DNA of 64,000 nucleotides from Octopus vulgaris (lineage: Eukaryota), in assembly GCA_951406725.2 (NCBI GenBank), contig OX597839.1, positions 21,452,001 through 21,516,000 on the forward strand, read 5' to 3'. Below the pieces are notes generated by a model. It was not told the origin of the DNA. It ran no database searches and saw only the letters and a list, made by a program, of their open reading frames with translations. Below are positions 63,756 to 64,000 of this stretch, one piece after another. The translations under genes and the position numbers were made by a program. Every line of letters begins with the position of its first letter. Position 1 is the first letter of the stretch.

Positions 63756-64000
63756 CTAGAAAAAAACAATATTCAACAAATGAAACCACAACAATAACAT
63801 TTCATTACGTTTTTTTAACACCCCCCCCTTTTTTTTTTAATTATTTCAATAAAACAATTTGTCTAATTTGGTTCCCATGGTAACCATCCCACACAACCCC
63901 AGTAACATAAATAAAAGAAAAGCAAGAAAAACAATCATTGATTGACATGAAATCACTTACCAACACACTCTACGCATCAACACACAGACCTGCTGTGTCT

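Overview
Eukaryotic, AT-rich, extremely repeat-dense genomic DNA with one 100-N gap at 23462-23561. The SINE, LINE and microsatellite content looks like a coleoid cephalopod (Octopus-like); that assignment is inferred from pattern recognition only. Most long ORFs in the track are microsatellite or SINE artefacts. One real spliced host gene lies on the minus strand: 7 coding exons between 63755 and 49296, all GT-AG and phase-consistent, 1884 nt including the stop. It encodes a PH domain and a C-terminal coiled coil resembling the AFAP1/AFAP-110 family. The rest is mobile DNA: a near-intact DD34D mariner, a Helitron PIF1-helicase relic with non-autonomous Helitrons sharing its 3' end, a TTAA-flanked piggyBac deletion derivative, a maT/Tc1-like relic, MITEs, CR1-, RTE-, R4/Dong- and Tx1/L1-like LINE fragments, and at least five SINE-like families. 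Most interesting signals: (1) a 132-bp palindrome carrying a type I hammerhead ribozyme fold on each strand (31321-31452), plus related half-hammerhead foldbacks in (TA)n; (2) a tRNA-headed SINE ending in a Penelope-type hammerhead motif (51194-51460); (3) a SINE multimer whose units are all truncated at the same base with self-complementary ends (3160-4110); (4) a 381-bp templated intron copy flanked by an 18-bp duplication (53519-53927).
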